Below, in pieces: positions 1-9,356 of a stretch of DNA of 64,000 nucleotides. The stretch's first letter is position 1, and every line of letters starts with the position of its first letter. A program made the position numbers and the translations under genes. The stretch lies in assembly GCA_021792615.1 (NCBI GenBank), contig JAJYUJ010000005.1:6075-70074 (forward strand), written 5' to 3'. The notes under the pieces are model-generated. The model was not told where the DNA came from, made no database searches, and saw only the letters and a list, made by a program, of their open reading frames with translations. The stretch is from a bacterium (lineage in GTDB: Bacteria > JAMCPX01).

Positions 1-59
1 CAGAGGATCGATATAAAAGGGTTTTTTTGCATATTTAAGGTTTACGAATTAATAAAGCT

Positions 60-620
60 ATGACCACCTATAACCTTTATAAACTTCTCAAAGAGGAGTT
101 GAACAATGGCTCATCCGACCTTGTTACGAGACCGTCCGGACAGGCGATAAGGGAACGGATTGAGAGGGATATTGCAAAGGAGAAGCAGGGTGATCTTATT
201 GCCCTCGACTTTTCGAAAATAGGGATAATTGACTACTCATGTGCCGATGAGATTGTGGCAAAGTTGATTTCAAGGCTTTGGGCTGGTGAATATGGTGATA
301 GATATGTTATTTTGACTGGCCTTAACGAGAACCAGAAGGAAAATATAGAGGTTGCTTTAGAGAGAAAAGACCTTGCTATTATGGCGGAAATGCAGGACAA
401 AGAAAAAATCCTTGTCGGGTCCCTGAACAATTATCTTAAGGAAACGCTCAATCTGATTATTAAAAAGGGCAGGATAACGGCCAAAGAGCTTTCTGATGCG
501 ATGGAACTCGAGTCTAATACGAGCGGGATGAGGCTGTTGAATCTTTACAAGAAAAGACTCGTTAAGAGAATTGATAAAGTAACAGAGAGCGGCAAAGTGT
601 GGATTTATGAGAAGATTTAA
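60..620 (+). CDS. Hypothetical regulator-like protein: N-terminal STAS-like (DUF4325-type) domain fused to a C-terminal winged-helix-like segment
   Basis: ORF of 186 aa. The N-terminal ~100 aa has the pattern of DUF4325/STAS-like proteins (LVTRPSGQAIRERIE...DFSKIGIIDYSCADEIV). The C-terminal ~70 aa (GRITAKELSDAMELESNTSGMRLLNLYKKRLV) looks like a winged HTH. Assignment is by motif recollection only. Confidence 0.45.
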   Translation: MTTYNLYKLLKEELNNGSSDLVTRPSGQAIRERIERDIAKEKQGDLIALDFSKIGIIDYSCADEIVAKLISRLWAGEYGDRYVILTGLNENQKENIEVALERKDLAIMAEMQDKEKILVGSLNNYLKETLNLIIKKGRITAKELSDAMELESNTSGMRLLNLYKKRLVKRIDKVTESGKVWIYEKI

Positions 621-756
621 CTTATGCGGCGCCGTTTGTATTACGTCCTAAACGAATCAAATACCTGTTCAACTTTTTTGATATGCAAAAAACAGAAAGC
701 CTATATCCTTGTTTAAAACCCCGGAATGGGTTATAAAGTTTAGATTAAATATTCAG

Positions 757-2142
757 ATGAAGAACTGGCTTTTAAAAAATTGGCATATCGTAATACTTGC
801 AAATGATGCCGTCGTCATATCGGTATCATGGTTTGCCGCATATGTTCTGCGATGGTTGTCGACACCCCTTTTCGGATACGCAATAAACCCTTTCCATATA
901 TATGCAGAATCCTACCCGGTGATGCTCGTTTTGTGGGTTGCCACAAACAGCATATTCGGCACGTATAAACCGGGTAAGCTCAAGAAAAATCTCGAGGAAA
1001 TCCAGGCTGTCGTACGCGGGGTCGTGCTTGCAGCCCTTGTCGTCATGTCGGTTTCTTTCCTGTTCAAAGAGTATGACTTTGCACGGTCCGTACTGCTTAT
1101 CTTTATCGGTCTGACATTCCTCCTGACCGGCATCTCCCGGGCGATCCTGTTCAGCATACCTAATAAGCTGAGAAAATCGGGATACGGCACTATCCGGTGT
1201 ATCATTGCCGGAGCCGGCACAACCGGCATACGCGCATTGCAGAGGATCTCCGATCATCCCGAAAAGGGGTACGATGTTGTCGGTTTTCTCGATGATGACC
1301 CGGACAAATTAAAGATCAACATATCAAAAAGGCCGATCCTCGGCACAATCGACAATATACGCGAAACGGTGGAACGCTACGGCATCGAGGAGGTTTTTAT
1401 AGCGATCCCTTCCCTGTCCCACGGCCGTATTATGGAATTGATCATGAAGTGCGAGGGCTTGCCCGTAGGCTTCAGGATAGCCTCGGACCTTTTCGGGGTT
1501 ATCGCCCACAATGCGGATATAGAATTTATAGAGGACTTCCCGGTATTCGATCTCAAGGAAGAAAAAGAAAACCTGGCATACGCCTTTTTGAAAAGGTCCA
1601 TGGATCTATTCATTGCGGGTATCCTCATTATCCTGCTTATCCCATTCTGGATCATCGTACCGCTCCTGATCCGGCTGGACTCGAAAGGAGGTATATTTTT
1701 CGTTCATGAAAGGATCGGATTGAACGGCGAACCGTTCAGGATATACAAATTCAGGACAATGCATACCACAACAAACCCATACGCCTATTCACCCGGCAAA
1801 GCGGATGATACCCGGATAACGAGGATCGGCAGGTTTTTGCGGCAGACAAGCCTCGATGAACTGCCGAACCTCCTGAATGTACTGAAAGGTAATATGAGTA
1901 TCGTAGGTCCAAGACCTGAAATGCCGTTTATCGTCGAAAACTATGAGGAATGGCAGAAAAAGAGACTTACCGTTAAACCGGGTATAACCGGTCTGTGGCA
2001 AATTCTCGGCAGGAAGGACATCCCGTTGCAGGAAAACCTTGAGTACGATTTTTATTACATCAAGAACAGGTCCTTTCTTCTGGATATAATAATCGTTCTG
2101 AAAACGATCCCTGCCATTCTCTCGAGAAAGGGTGCATACTGA
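757..2142 (+). CDS. Exopolysaccharide-biosynthesis polyprenyl glycosylphosphotransferase (bacterial sugar transferase, WbaP/WcaJ-like)
   Basis: N-terminal TM helices and a central Rossmann-like region. The C-terminal bacterial sugar transferase domain is present (FKRSMDLFIAGILIILLIPFWI...YKFRTM...SIVGPRPE...KPGITGLWQI). The ORF track starts at a TTG at 709, but the ATG at 757 is the more likely start. Confidence 0.8.
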   Translation: MKNWLLKNWHIVILANDAVVISVSWFAAYVLRWLSTPLFGYAINPFHIYAESYPVMLVLWVATNSIFGTYKPGKLKKNLEEIQAVVRGVVLAALVVMSVSFLFKEYDFARSVLLIFIGLTFLLTGISRAILFSIPNKLRKSGYGTIRCIIAGAGTTGIRALQRISDHPEKGYDVVGFLDDDPDKLKINISKRPILGTIDNIRETVERYGIEEVFIAIPSLSHGRIMELIMKCEGLPVGFRIASDLFGVIAHNADIEFIEDFPVFDLKEEKENLAYAFLKRSMDLFIAGILIILLIPFWIIVPLLIRLDSKGGIFFVHERIGLNGEPFRIYKFRTMHTTTNPYAYSPGKADDTRITRIGRFLRQTSLDELPNLLNVLKGNMSIVGPRPEMPFIVENYEEWQKKRLTVKPGITGLWQILGRKDIPLQENLEYDFYYIKNRSFLLDIIIVLKTIPAILSRKGAY

Positions 2143-2146
2143 TACC

Positions 2147-4816
2147 ATGCCGGACAATATAAATGAGCAGTTGAACAGCGAACTGATGCCCCTGCTCAAG
2201 AGCATAACCAATACCAATAAAAACCTCGTCGTAAAGAATTACATCATAACGCTGCGTTCCCTTTTGAACGAGTTTCATAAATCAGGCCTTGGCGGTTATG
2301 ATTTTGCGGTCATATTCAGCGACTATCTCGATTTGCTCATGGAAAGGCTGTACGCGCTGTCGGGCACCAATCAGAACGCTGCATACACCCTGGTTGCCAT
2401 AGGCGGATACGGCAGGAATGAATTAAACGCTTACTCGGACATCGATCTCCTTTTTTTGTATCAGGACACGCTCTCGGAAGGTTTTCAGAACAGCATGCTG
2501 TATCCACTGTGGGATACGAAACTCGAGATAGGTCATAGTTCAAGGACCGTAGACGAATGTATAGAAGACGCAAAAAACGATTATACCTTTCTCACCTCAT
2601 TGATGGACCAGAGGTTCATTGCGGGGAACTTCGGCCTGTTCGATTCCCTCCATACGCAGCTGTGCGGCCTGGTAAGGGGATCGCCCCAAATCTTTTTTCA
2701 GGAAAGGGAACAGGAACTTTATGCACGGCGCGCAAAATATTCGACACCGGTTTACACCCTTGAACCGAACATAAAGGAGGGACCCGGCGGGCTCAGGGAC
2801 GTTCATACCATGCTCTGGCTCACAAGACTGTTTACGGATATTCCGGACATTACCGAATTCAAAAAATCGCCGTTTTTCGATTCCGATACGTATGAGCAAT
2901 TTATTCGCAACTACAATATACTGATGAGACTGAGAAACGAGATGCACTTTTTAAGCGGCAGCAAGAATGACCGGCTGACCCTCGAGGTACAAAAACATCT
3001 CTCGACGTTTTCGGGTTATGAAAACGAAGAAGATGTCCTGGGGGTAGAAAAGTTTTTAGGCAATTTTTACGAGACCACGCACCGGATAGCAGAGCTTGCG
3101 GACGATTATATCCGGTACCTCAAAGAAAGGTATATCCTCCCCGGGAGCACGGAAAATACGGAATTCATAGGCGAATACTACATGATAACCCATAAGCAGC
3201 TCATGCTGAAGACCGGGAGTACCGACATCTACGAGAGGAAACCCGGGGAATTGATACATACCTTCCAACTACTCGTGGACCATGATGTAAAACCCGCGAT
3301 TGCACTCAAAAACACCTTAAAAAAGGAGGCATTCCGGCTTCAGGAAGAGGAACGGATAGGCGCGTTATTCCCGTCATTTATGTCCCTGTTTGAGAGCAAG
3401 AACTTAAGTAAAATATTGTTTCTGATAAATGATTATGGCATCCTCGGCATCATTATAAATGAATTCAAAGCAATAGCCAACAGGATACAGTACGACATGT
3501 ATCATATTTATACCGTCGGCATACATTCCATAAAAACCGTGGAAGAGATTGAGAAGATTCGGGATGGGAACAACGATAAATTCCTCAAGTCGCTGTATGA
3601 ACAGGTAAAAAACAGAACCGTGCTTCTGCTTGCCGCGTTCCTGCACGATATCGGCAAGGGACACGGTAAAGACCACGCGAGGAAAGGCAGTGAAATGGCC
3701 TACAACATTGCAATCAGGCTCGGTGTTCCTGAGGCAGATGCCGAGCTCGTATCCTTTCTTGTCAGAAACCATCTGATCCTTTCCGACACAGCCCAGCGAC
3801 GGGACATCAACGACGAGAAATTGATATACGAATTCTCCAAGCTTGTAAAAAGGCGGGAAAATCTCAAGATGCTCTACCTGCTTACCGTTGCGGACCTGCG
3901 CGCAGTATCATCAATCGTCTGGACAGAGTGGAAGGGGGCACTCATCAATGAACTCTATAAAAGGTCCGAAGAAGCGCTTGAGCAGGGTCTTGATATGGCA
4001 AGGCTCACAACGGAGAAGTATCATATCGCAAAAGAGCAGGTAAAAACAGACTTGAAGGGTATTGCCGATAACAGTATTATCGATGAGTTCCTCGACGGGT
4101 TCAAGTCCCGGTACTTCACGACCTATTCACCGCAGGAGATTCGGGAACACTTCGATCTCATAAACCAATTCAAGACGGACGGTATCCTTGCCGTAGCAGG
4201 AACCGTCAATCCGCAGCACGGGTACACGAAGATCAGCGTTTGCACTACGGACAGGCCCGGAATTTTTTCTATAATAGCAGGAGTATTATCGTCAACAGGG
4301 GCAAACATCATGGACGCGAATATCTCCGTGAGAAAAGACGGTATCATCATAGACGTTTTCCGTGTCGAGGATGTGGACAAACTCCATCCCTACCCTGAAT
4401 ACAAATTGCAGAAATTCATCAACGACCTCAAGGAATGCCTGTCCGGAAAGATCGCGGTTGAGTCCCTGCTGTCCGCACGGTTTAAGCCTTCCATACTGAA
4501 AGACAAGGTCATCAACAAACAGCCGACGGAGATCATCGTCAATGACGAGGTTTCCGACATATATACCCTCATTGAGATATATACGCAGGACAGGCAGCGG
4601 CTCCTGTACGATATAACCCGTACTCTCTCAAAATTCGATCTGAATATCGTCGTAGCCAAGATTACGACGAGGGTCGATCAGGTAGCGGATATCTTTTATG
4701 TCGAAAAAATCGGCGGTGGAAAGATCTCCGGTACACGGGACACAGAGACACTGGTTTCAGAATTGCGATCGATTATCGACAAAGAAAACAACGGTCAGCC
4801 TATCGATGGAAATTGA
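2147..4816 (+). CDS. glnD: [Protein-PII] uridylyltransferase / uridylyl-removing enzyme GlnD
   Basis: Nucleotidyltransferase motif GGYGRNELNAYSDIDLLFLY and an HD domain (LLAAFLHDIGKGHG) are followed by two C-terminal ACT-like domains. Length is about 890 aa. The ATG at 2147 is preferred over the GTG at 2132. Confidence 0.85.
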   Translation: MPDNINEQLNSELMPLLKSITNTNKNLVVKNYIITLRSLLNEFHKSGLGGYDFAVIFSDYLDLLMERLYALSGTNQNAAYTLVAIGGYGRNELNAYSDIDLLFLYQDTLSEGFQNSMLYPLWDTKLEIGHSSRTVDECIEDAKNDYTFLTSLMDQRFIAGNFGLFDSLHTQLCGLVRGSPQIFFQEREQELYARRAKYSTPVYTLEPNIKEGPGGLRDVHTMLWLTRLFTDIPDITEFKKSPFFDSDTYEQFIRNYNILMRLRNEMHFLSGSKNDRLTLEVQKHLSTFSGYENEEDVLGVEKFLGNFYETTHRIAELADDYIRYLKERYILPGSTENTEFIGEYYMITHKQLMLKTGSTDIYERKPGELIHTFQLLVDHDVKPAIALKNTLKKEAFRLQEEERIGALFPSFMSLFESKNLSKILFLINDYGILGIIINEFKAIANRIQYDMYHIYTVGIHSIKTVEEIEKIRDGNNDKFLKSLYEQVKNRTVLLLAAFLHDIGKGHGKDHARKGSEMAYNIAIRLGVPEADAELVSFLVRNHLILSDTAQRRDINDEKLIYEFSKLVKRRENLKMLYLLTVADLRAVSSIVWTEWKGALINELYKRSEEALEQGLDMARLTTEKYHIAKEQVKTDLKGIADNSIIDEFLDGFKSRYFTTYSPQEIREHFDLINQFKTDGILAVAGTVNPQHGYTKISVCTTDRPGIFSIIAGVLSSTGANIMDANISVRKDGIIIDVFRVEDVDKLHPYPEYKLQKFINDLKECLSGKIAVESLLSARFKPSILKDKVINKQPTEIIVNDEVSDIYTLIEIYTQDRQRLLYDITRTLSKFDLNIVVAKITTRVDQVADIFYVEKIGGGKISGTRDTETLVSELRSIIDKENNGQPIDGN

Positions 4817-5702
4817 TAACGCTATCGACACCTTCATAAATTATATAGCCTCTGAAAAGGGCTTGTCCAGAAACACCATTTCTTCCTACAGTACGGACCT
4901 CAAGAGATTTTCGGATTTTTTGCACGGCGCAGGCATAACGGATGTTTCCGGCATAACAACGGACAGGATCCTTGTTTTTCTCAAATCCTTGAAAACAAGC
5001 CGGCTGTCCTCATCTTCGGTCGTACGGTATCAGGTGACCATACGGAACTTTTTCAGATTTATGCTCAAAGAAGGAGTTTTGAAAAAAGACCCGGTCCATA
5101 TACTTGAACTCCCGAAAAGGGACAGGAAACTCCCGCAGGTGATGAATGAATCGGAGATCGAATCCCTCCTGAACAGTCCGTCGCTGATACAAGATAAGAA
5201 ACGTCAGTTACGGGACAAGGCCATGTTTGAGGTCATGTACGCAACAGGACTGCGCGTATCCGAGCTCGTTGGCTTGACGCTGAATTCCATCGAAATGACC
5301 GTGGGATTTATAAAGGTGAAAGGCAAAGGCAGCAAAGAGAGGATCGTCCCCATAGGTGACGCTGCAAAAGAAGCGGTTGCCCGCTACCTCGAAGAAGGCC
5401 GGCCGGCCTTCTTACGGCGTACAACCGATGCCCTTTTTTTAACTCAGCAGGGTGAAGCCTTTTCGCGGCAGGGATTCTGGAAGCTCCTGAAAACATATCT
5501 CAAGAAGACAAACATAACAAAGCTTGTTACACCGCATACCCTGCGGCATTCCTTTGCGACACATTTACTTGAACACGGCGCAGATCTCAGGTCTGTTCAA
5601 CTCATGCTCGGACATTCGGACATTTCAACCACGCAGATCTACACGCATATCAATACGGAGATGCTCAAACGCATATACGACAAGTACCACCCCAGGAGCT
5701 GA
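4806..5702 (+). CDS. xerD: Tyrosine site-specific recombinase XerD
   Basis: Classic XerD/XerC motifs are present: ARDKAMFEVMYATGLRVSEL, HTLRHSFATHLLEHGADLRSVQLMLGHSDISTTQIYTH and the catalytic RHRHY set. The start at ATG 4806 overlaps the glnD stop by 11 nt. The upstream in-frame extension in the ORF track is rejected. Confidence 0.85.
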   Translation: MEIDNAIDTFINYIASEKGLSRNTISSYSTDLKRFSDFLHGAGITDVSGITTDRILVFLKSLKTSRLSSSSVVRYQVTIRNFFRFMLKEGVLKKDPVHILELPKRDRKLPQVMNESEIESLLNSPSLIQDKKRQLRDKAMFEVMYATGLRVSELVGLTLNSIEMTVGFIKVKGKGSKERIVPIGDAAKEAVARYLEEGRPAFLRRTTDALFLTQQGEAFSRQGFWKLLKTYLKKTNITKLVTPHTLRHSFATHLLEHGADLRSVQLMLGHSDISTTQIYTHINTEMLKRIYDKYHPRS

Positions 5703-5726
5703 ACTACCGGCTATGCCTTTTCCGGG

Positions 5727-5981
5727 CTAATCGTGCTCTTTGAACGCCTTTTCCTGTTCCGGATCGTGTTTTCTGATCCACTCCATCAGCATTGCAGCGT
5801 GCTCTTTTTCCTCGTCCCTGTTGTGGGACAATATTCGCTTGAGACCGGGATCTTTTGTTGCTGCTATTCTCTGCTGGTACCAGTCTATCGCATCAAATTC
5901 CTCCGTCAGTGAAACACGCGCCCTTTCAAGGTCCTTCGATACATCATCGAGATTGTCCCAGTCGTTGTGTGTAGAAGACAT
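5727..5981 (-). CDS. Encapsulated-ferritin-like (EncFtn/Flp family) di-iron ferroxidase-like protein, no recognisable encapsulin-targeting tail
   Basis: The 84-aa sequence EEFDAIDWYQQRIAATKDPGLKRILSHNRDEEKEHAAMLMEWIRKH closely matches the conserved EncFtn core (ELEAVDWYQQR...HNRDEEKEHAAMTLEWLRR, recalled from R. rubrum/H. ochraceum EncFtn). A strong RBS (AGGAGG) lies 10 nt after the upstream ACAD stop. The protein ends right after the ferritin-like helix pair. Confidence 0.65.
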   Translation of the reverse strand: MSSTHNDWDNLDDVSKDLERARVSLTEEFDAIDWYQQRIAATKDPGLKRILSHNRDEEKEHAAMLMEWIRKHDPEQEKAFKEHD

Positions 5982-5990
5982 GGATACCTC

Positions 5991-7229
5991 CTATTTCAAT
6001 TCCTTCCTTGTGTAATCAAGGATAGCCCTTGCCACAACGAGTCTCTGGATCTGTCCGGTACCTTCAAACACGTCGTAGACCTTTGCGTCCCTCATCCATT
6101 TCTCCAGCAGGTGTTTCCGTGAATACCCTTCGGGTCCGTAGAGTTCTATTGCCTTCTGCGTAACTTCATCGACGACCGTACCGGCCTTTGCCTTTGCCAT
6201 GGAGGCTTCTTTAAGATTCGGCAGACTATGATCGAGCATCCATGCCGCCTTCCACGTGAGCAGCCGTGCCGCACTGATCTTTGCCTCCATATCCTCGAGC
6301 ACCGTCTCTATATATCCTCTTTTGTGGAGAGGTTTGCCGTAATTTATTTCAAGGCCGTTCTTTACGACAAAATCCTCGTATACCAAGTCGAACGCGGAAC
6401 GCGCAATGCCGATTGCCATGGCTGCAACCATAGGACGTGTTGCATCGAACGTTTGCATTGCACCTTTGAATCCTTTTTCTTCTTTCTTCTCGCCGCCAAG
6501 GAGGTTGTCCTTGTGAACGCGGCAATCTTCAAGCACGACCTCGGCCGTGTCCGAAGCACGTATCCCGAGTTTGTGCTCGAGCCTGGCCATCTTGAGACCC
6601 GGTGTTCCCTTCTCCACGACGAACGCCTTGATACCCGATCTGCCGAGATCCTTGCCGAGCGTTGCCCAGACAACATACAGGTCGGCCATATCGCCGCCCG
6701 TAACGAATATCTTGGTCCCGTTGAGTATATAATAATCCCCGTCCTTGACTGCCGTTGTAGCAACTGCAGAGGCATCGGAACCAAAACCCGGCTCTGTCAG
6801 TGCCATAGCTCCGTAACTCGGCTTGGGGCCGTTCAGAACCTTCATAAACCGCTTCTTTTGTTCCGGGGTCCCTGCTGCCATGATCGCAGCGCCGCCGAGA
6901 CCGGGCCCCGGAATTCTCAGGGTAAGTCCCGGACACCCCCATGCGATCTCTTCTATTGCAATGGCACCGAGGAGGTTCATTTCCATCTTCGGCCGGTCGT
7001 GCTTTTCTTTATGCTCTGATTTTTCTTCCGAGTCACCGCTTGCATTGGCAGTGGAAAAACTGAATCCCAGTGACCGGAACATCTCATGGGTCTTTTGTAT
7101 GAATTCCGTAGGTTCTACGTGTTCCTCTTCATCGTATTTACGCGCTATCGGCCGCATAACATCGCGTGCATAGTTATGGGTAAATTCCCTTGCCATCTTC
7201 ATTATAGGTGTGAATTCAAAGTCTATCAT
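5991..7229 (-). CDS. Acyl-CoA dehydrogenase family protein (catalytic Glu present, with an acidic/His-rich insertion)
   Basis: ACAD fold motifs are present, including the C-terminal RDAKVYDVFEGTGQIQRLVVAR with the catalytic base in the FEGT box. The start is taken at MIDFEF (7229), which has a good RBS (AAGGAGG). The 5' extension to 7325 in the ORF track overlaps the upstream gene and is rejected. Confidence 0.8.
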   Translation of the reverse strand: MIDFEFTPIMKMAREFTHNYARDVMRPIARKYDEEEHVEPTEFIQKTHEMFRSLGFSFSTANASGDSEEKSEHKEKHDRPKMEMNLLGAIAIEEIAWGCPGLTLRIPGPGLGGAAIMAAGTPEQKKRFMKVLNGPKPSYGAMALTEPGFGSDASAVATTAVKDGDYYILNGTKIFVTGGDMADLYVVWATLGKDLGRSGIKAFVVEKGTPGLKMARLEHKLGIRASDTAEVVLEDCRVHKDNLLGGEKKEEKGFKGAMQTFDATRPMVAAMAIGIARSAFDLVYEDFVVKNGLEINYGKPLHKRGYIETVLEDMEAKISAARLLTWKAAWMLDHSLPNLKEASMAKAKAGTVVDEVTQKAIELYGPEGYSRKHLLEKWMRDAKVYDVFEGTGQIQRLVVARAILDYTRKELK

Positions 7230-7239
7230 GTAAGCCTCC

Positions 7240-8337
7240 TTATACAATCGCCATAAATTCTGATACTGCAAATGACCGTGCATCCCGGTACCACATCTCG
7301 ACCGGATGTTCCCGTACGAAGCCATGGCCGCCGAGGATCTGGGTTGCGTTCCTCGTTATGAACATGGCTGTATCCGCGGCATACCGTTTTCCAAGGGATG
7401 CCTCCTTGTACGCGTCCATACCTTTATCGAGCATCCATGCGGATTTCCATGCCATCAGACGGATCGCATCGATCTCCATTGCCATCTCAGCAAGGGTGAA
7501 TGCTACCGACTGCCGTGAAGCGATCGGTTCTCCGAAAGCAATGCGCTCTTTTGCATAGGCAAGAGCATATTCGTACGCCGCCCTGCACACGCCTGTCGTA
7601 AGCGCTATGGAGGCTGTCCTCGCCCGCGCGAGAAGGTTCGCAAAACCGCCGGAGAGCTTCAACACCTCATTGCGCGCCACCCTTGAACCGTCCAGCGACA
7701 GGGTAAACTGTTTTAAAGCCCTTAATCCCTGGTTTTTTTCTCTTTCCTTGACGGTAAAACCACCTGCAGGTACTATGAAACCGTCGATACCCGCAAGCCC
7801 CTCACCGCTGCCCTTTTTTGCAAATACCAGGGTTGCAAGTGCGGAATCGGCAATCGAGACAAACGCCTTTTCTCCGTTCAGTACAAAATCGTCACCGTCA
7901 TCCGCTGCGGTTGTTTTTAAGGATTCGATATCAAACCGCACGGAAGGTTCGACAAGTGCCGCAGTAAAACCCTGGAATTGGTCCGGCTTGTTCATCGTGA
8001 AATACTTTTTTTTCTGTTCTTCCGTACCATACAGCATCAAGGGTATATTCATCAAAGACGGTGCCAGGATATTCACGGTCATCGAAAGATTGCCATAGGC
8101 GAGTTCTTCGAGTACGATAACGCTGTCCAGCGCGGAAAGCTGCCCACCTGCCCCGCCGTACGCCTCGGGGATGTATCCGGTCGTTAATCCCAGCTCATGT
8201 CCCTGTTTTATAATATCCGCCGGTATCTCACCCGATTCATCTGCCGGCCTGTCTTGCTTTCGCATGATTGTTAAAGCAAAATCCCTGCACGTATCCCTGA
8301 GCAGGGCTTGTTCTTCGCTTAATTCAAAAGAAACCAT
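7240..8337 (-). CDS. Acyl-CoA dehydrogenase family protein (short, divergent C-terminus)
   Basis: ACAD N-terminal and middle-domain motifs are present (EEQ..., GYIPEAYGG, ...WYRDARSF). The protein terminates ...AVSEFMAIV exactly where the (Y/F)EGT helix would continue. It lies 10 nt upstream of the next ACAD. Confidence 0.75.
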   Translation of the reverse strand: MVSFELSEEQALLRDTCRDFALTIMRKQDRPADESGEIPADIIKQGHELGLTTGYIPEAYGGAGGQLSALDSVIVLEELAYGNLSMTVNILAPSLMNIPLMLYGTEEQKKKYFTMNKPDQFQGFTAALVEPSVRFDIESLKTTAADDGDDFVLNGEKAFVSIADSALATLVFAKKGSGEGLAGIDGFIVPAGGFTVKEREKNQGLRALKQFTLSLDGSRVARNEVLKLSGGFANLLARARTASIALTTGVCRAAYEYALAYAKERIAFGEPIASRQSVAFTLAEMAMEIDAIRLMAWKSAWMLDKGMDAYKEASLGKRYAADTAMFITRNATQILGGHGFVREHPVEMWYRDARSFAVSEFMAIV

Positions 8338-8534
8338 AGTGCCTCCTTTGTGCTATTATGAGATGTATAAATATCTTTTTGATTAGGATGTCAATAAACT
8401 TTAATATATAAAATGAACAAAACTGGATAGCCGCTTTCGTTGGTATAACGAAGAATCAAACGCAGGTAAAAGCGAAAAGGTACTTTTCGGTAAACCGATA
8501 GGTGACTTAACTATTATAAAAGCAAATTTTCTTA

Positions 8535-9356
8535 TTATAAATTTTTGGTCAGGCCGAGCACATCGCCCATGGTGTAGACGCCGGGCTTTTTCCCCGCGAT
8601 CCATTGAGCCGCAAGCAATGCGCCCTGAGCAAAGTTCTCCCTGCTCGTTGCCCTGTGCGTTATCTCGAGCCGTTCGCCGGTACCGATAAACATGACAGTA
8701 TGCTCTCCCGCAATATCTCCTCCGCGCAGGGTCTGAATACCTATCTCTCCCCTCGGGCGGGTGCCTATTTGTCCATGGCGTTCATACCGAGCCACATCCG
8801 CAAGCTGTTTGCTGCGGGCATGGGCAATGATATCGGCCAATTTCAGGGCAGTGCCGCTCGGTGCGTCGATTTTATTCTTGTGGTGTGCCTCTACAATCTC
8901 GGCATCAAAACTGTCATCTATCGTTCCTGCCGCGAGTTCCACAAGCTTAAAAAGCAGGTTTACCAGTACGCTCATATTGGGGGACTGGACGATGGCGGTT
9001 TCTTTTCCTGCCTGATGGATCATTTCCGTCTCTTCTTTCGAAATCCCGGTTGTCCCGATGACCAGGGATATTTTTTTCTTCCTCGCATACCCGAGGATTG
9101 CCATGGTCGAAGCAGGTATCGAGAAATCTATAATACAATCAACGTGCGCCGTAATACTTGCGGGATCGTCGGTAACCATGACCCCGGAATTTTTACCCTG
9201 AATGAGCAGGCCGATATCAACGCCGATGGACGAATGGCCCTTCCGCTCTATTCCTCCAACGATACGAAACAACGGGTTCTGGGACAGAAGCCGTGCTATC
9301 TGCAGGCCCATCCTCCCCATAACGCCGTTGACGGCAACGGCAACCGGATCAGCCAT
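8535..9356 (-). CDS. dapB: 4-hydroxy-tetrahydrodipicolinate reductase
   Basis: N-terminal Rossmann motif VAVNGVMGRMG and a conserved DapB C-terminal domain. It sits in an operon with dapA, dapF and lysA. Confidence 0.85.
   Translation of the reverse strand: MADPVAVAVNGVMGRMGLQIARLLSQNPLFRIVGGIERKGHSSIGVDIGLLIQGKNSGVMVTDDPASITAHVDCIIDFSIPASTMAILGYARKKKISLVIGTTGISKEETEMIHQAGKETAIVQSPNMSVLVNLLFKLVELAAGTIDDSFDAEIVEAHHKNKIDAPSGTALKLADIIAHARSKQLADVARYERHGQIGTRPRGEIGIQTLRGGDIAGEHTVMFIGTGERLEITHRATSRENFAQGALLAAQWIAGKKPGVYTMGDVLGLTKNL

Noticed and set aside
5727-8337. Encapsulin nanocompartment operon
   Set aside because: Only the EncFtn-like cargo homologue is present. No HK97-fold shell gene lies nearby, and the protein has no C-terminal targeting peptide, so a complete encapsulin system cannot be claimed from this window.
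8338-8534. Small ORF 8401–8604 (67 aa) in the dapB/ACAD spacer
   Set aside because: It overlaps the dapB 3' end, has a Lys/Arg-rich low-complexity translation and no RBS. The spacer is more plausibly the promoter region of the ACAD–EncFtn operon plus the dapB terminator.
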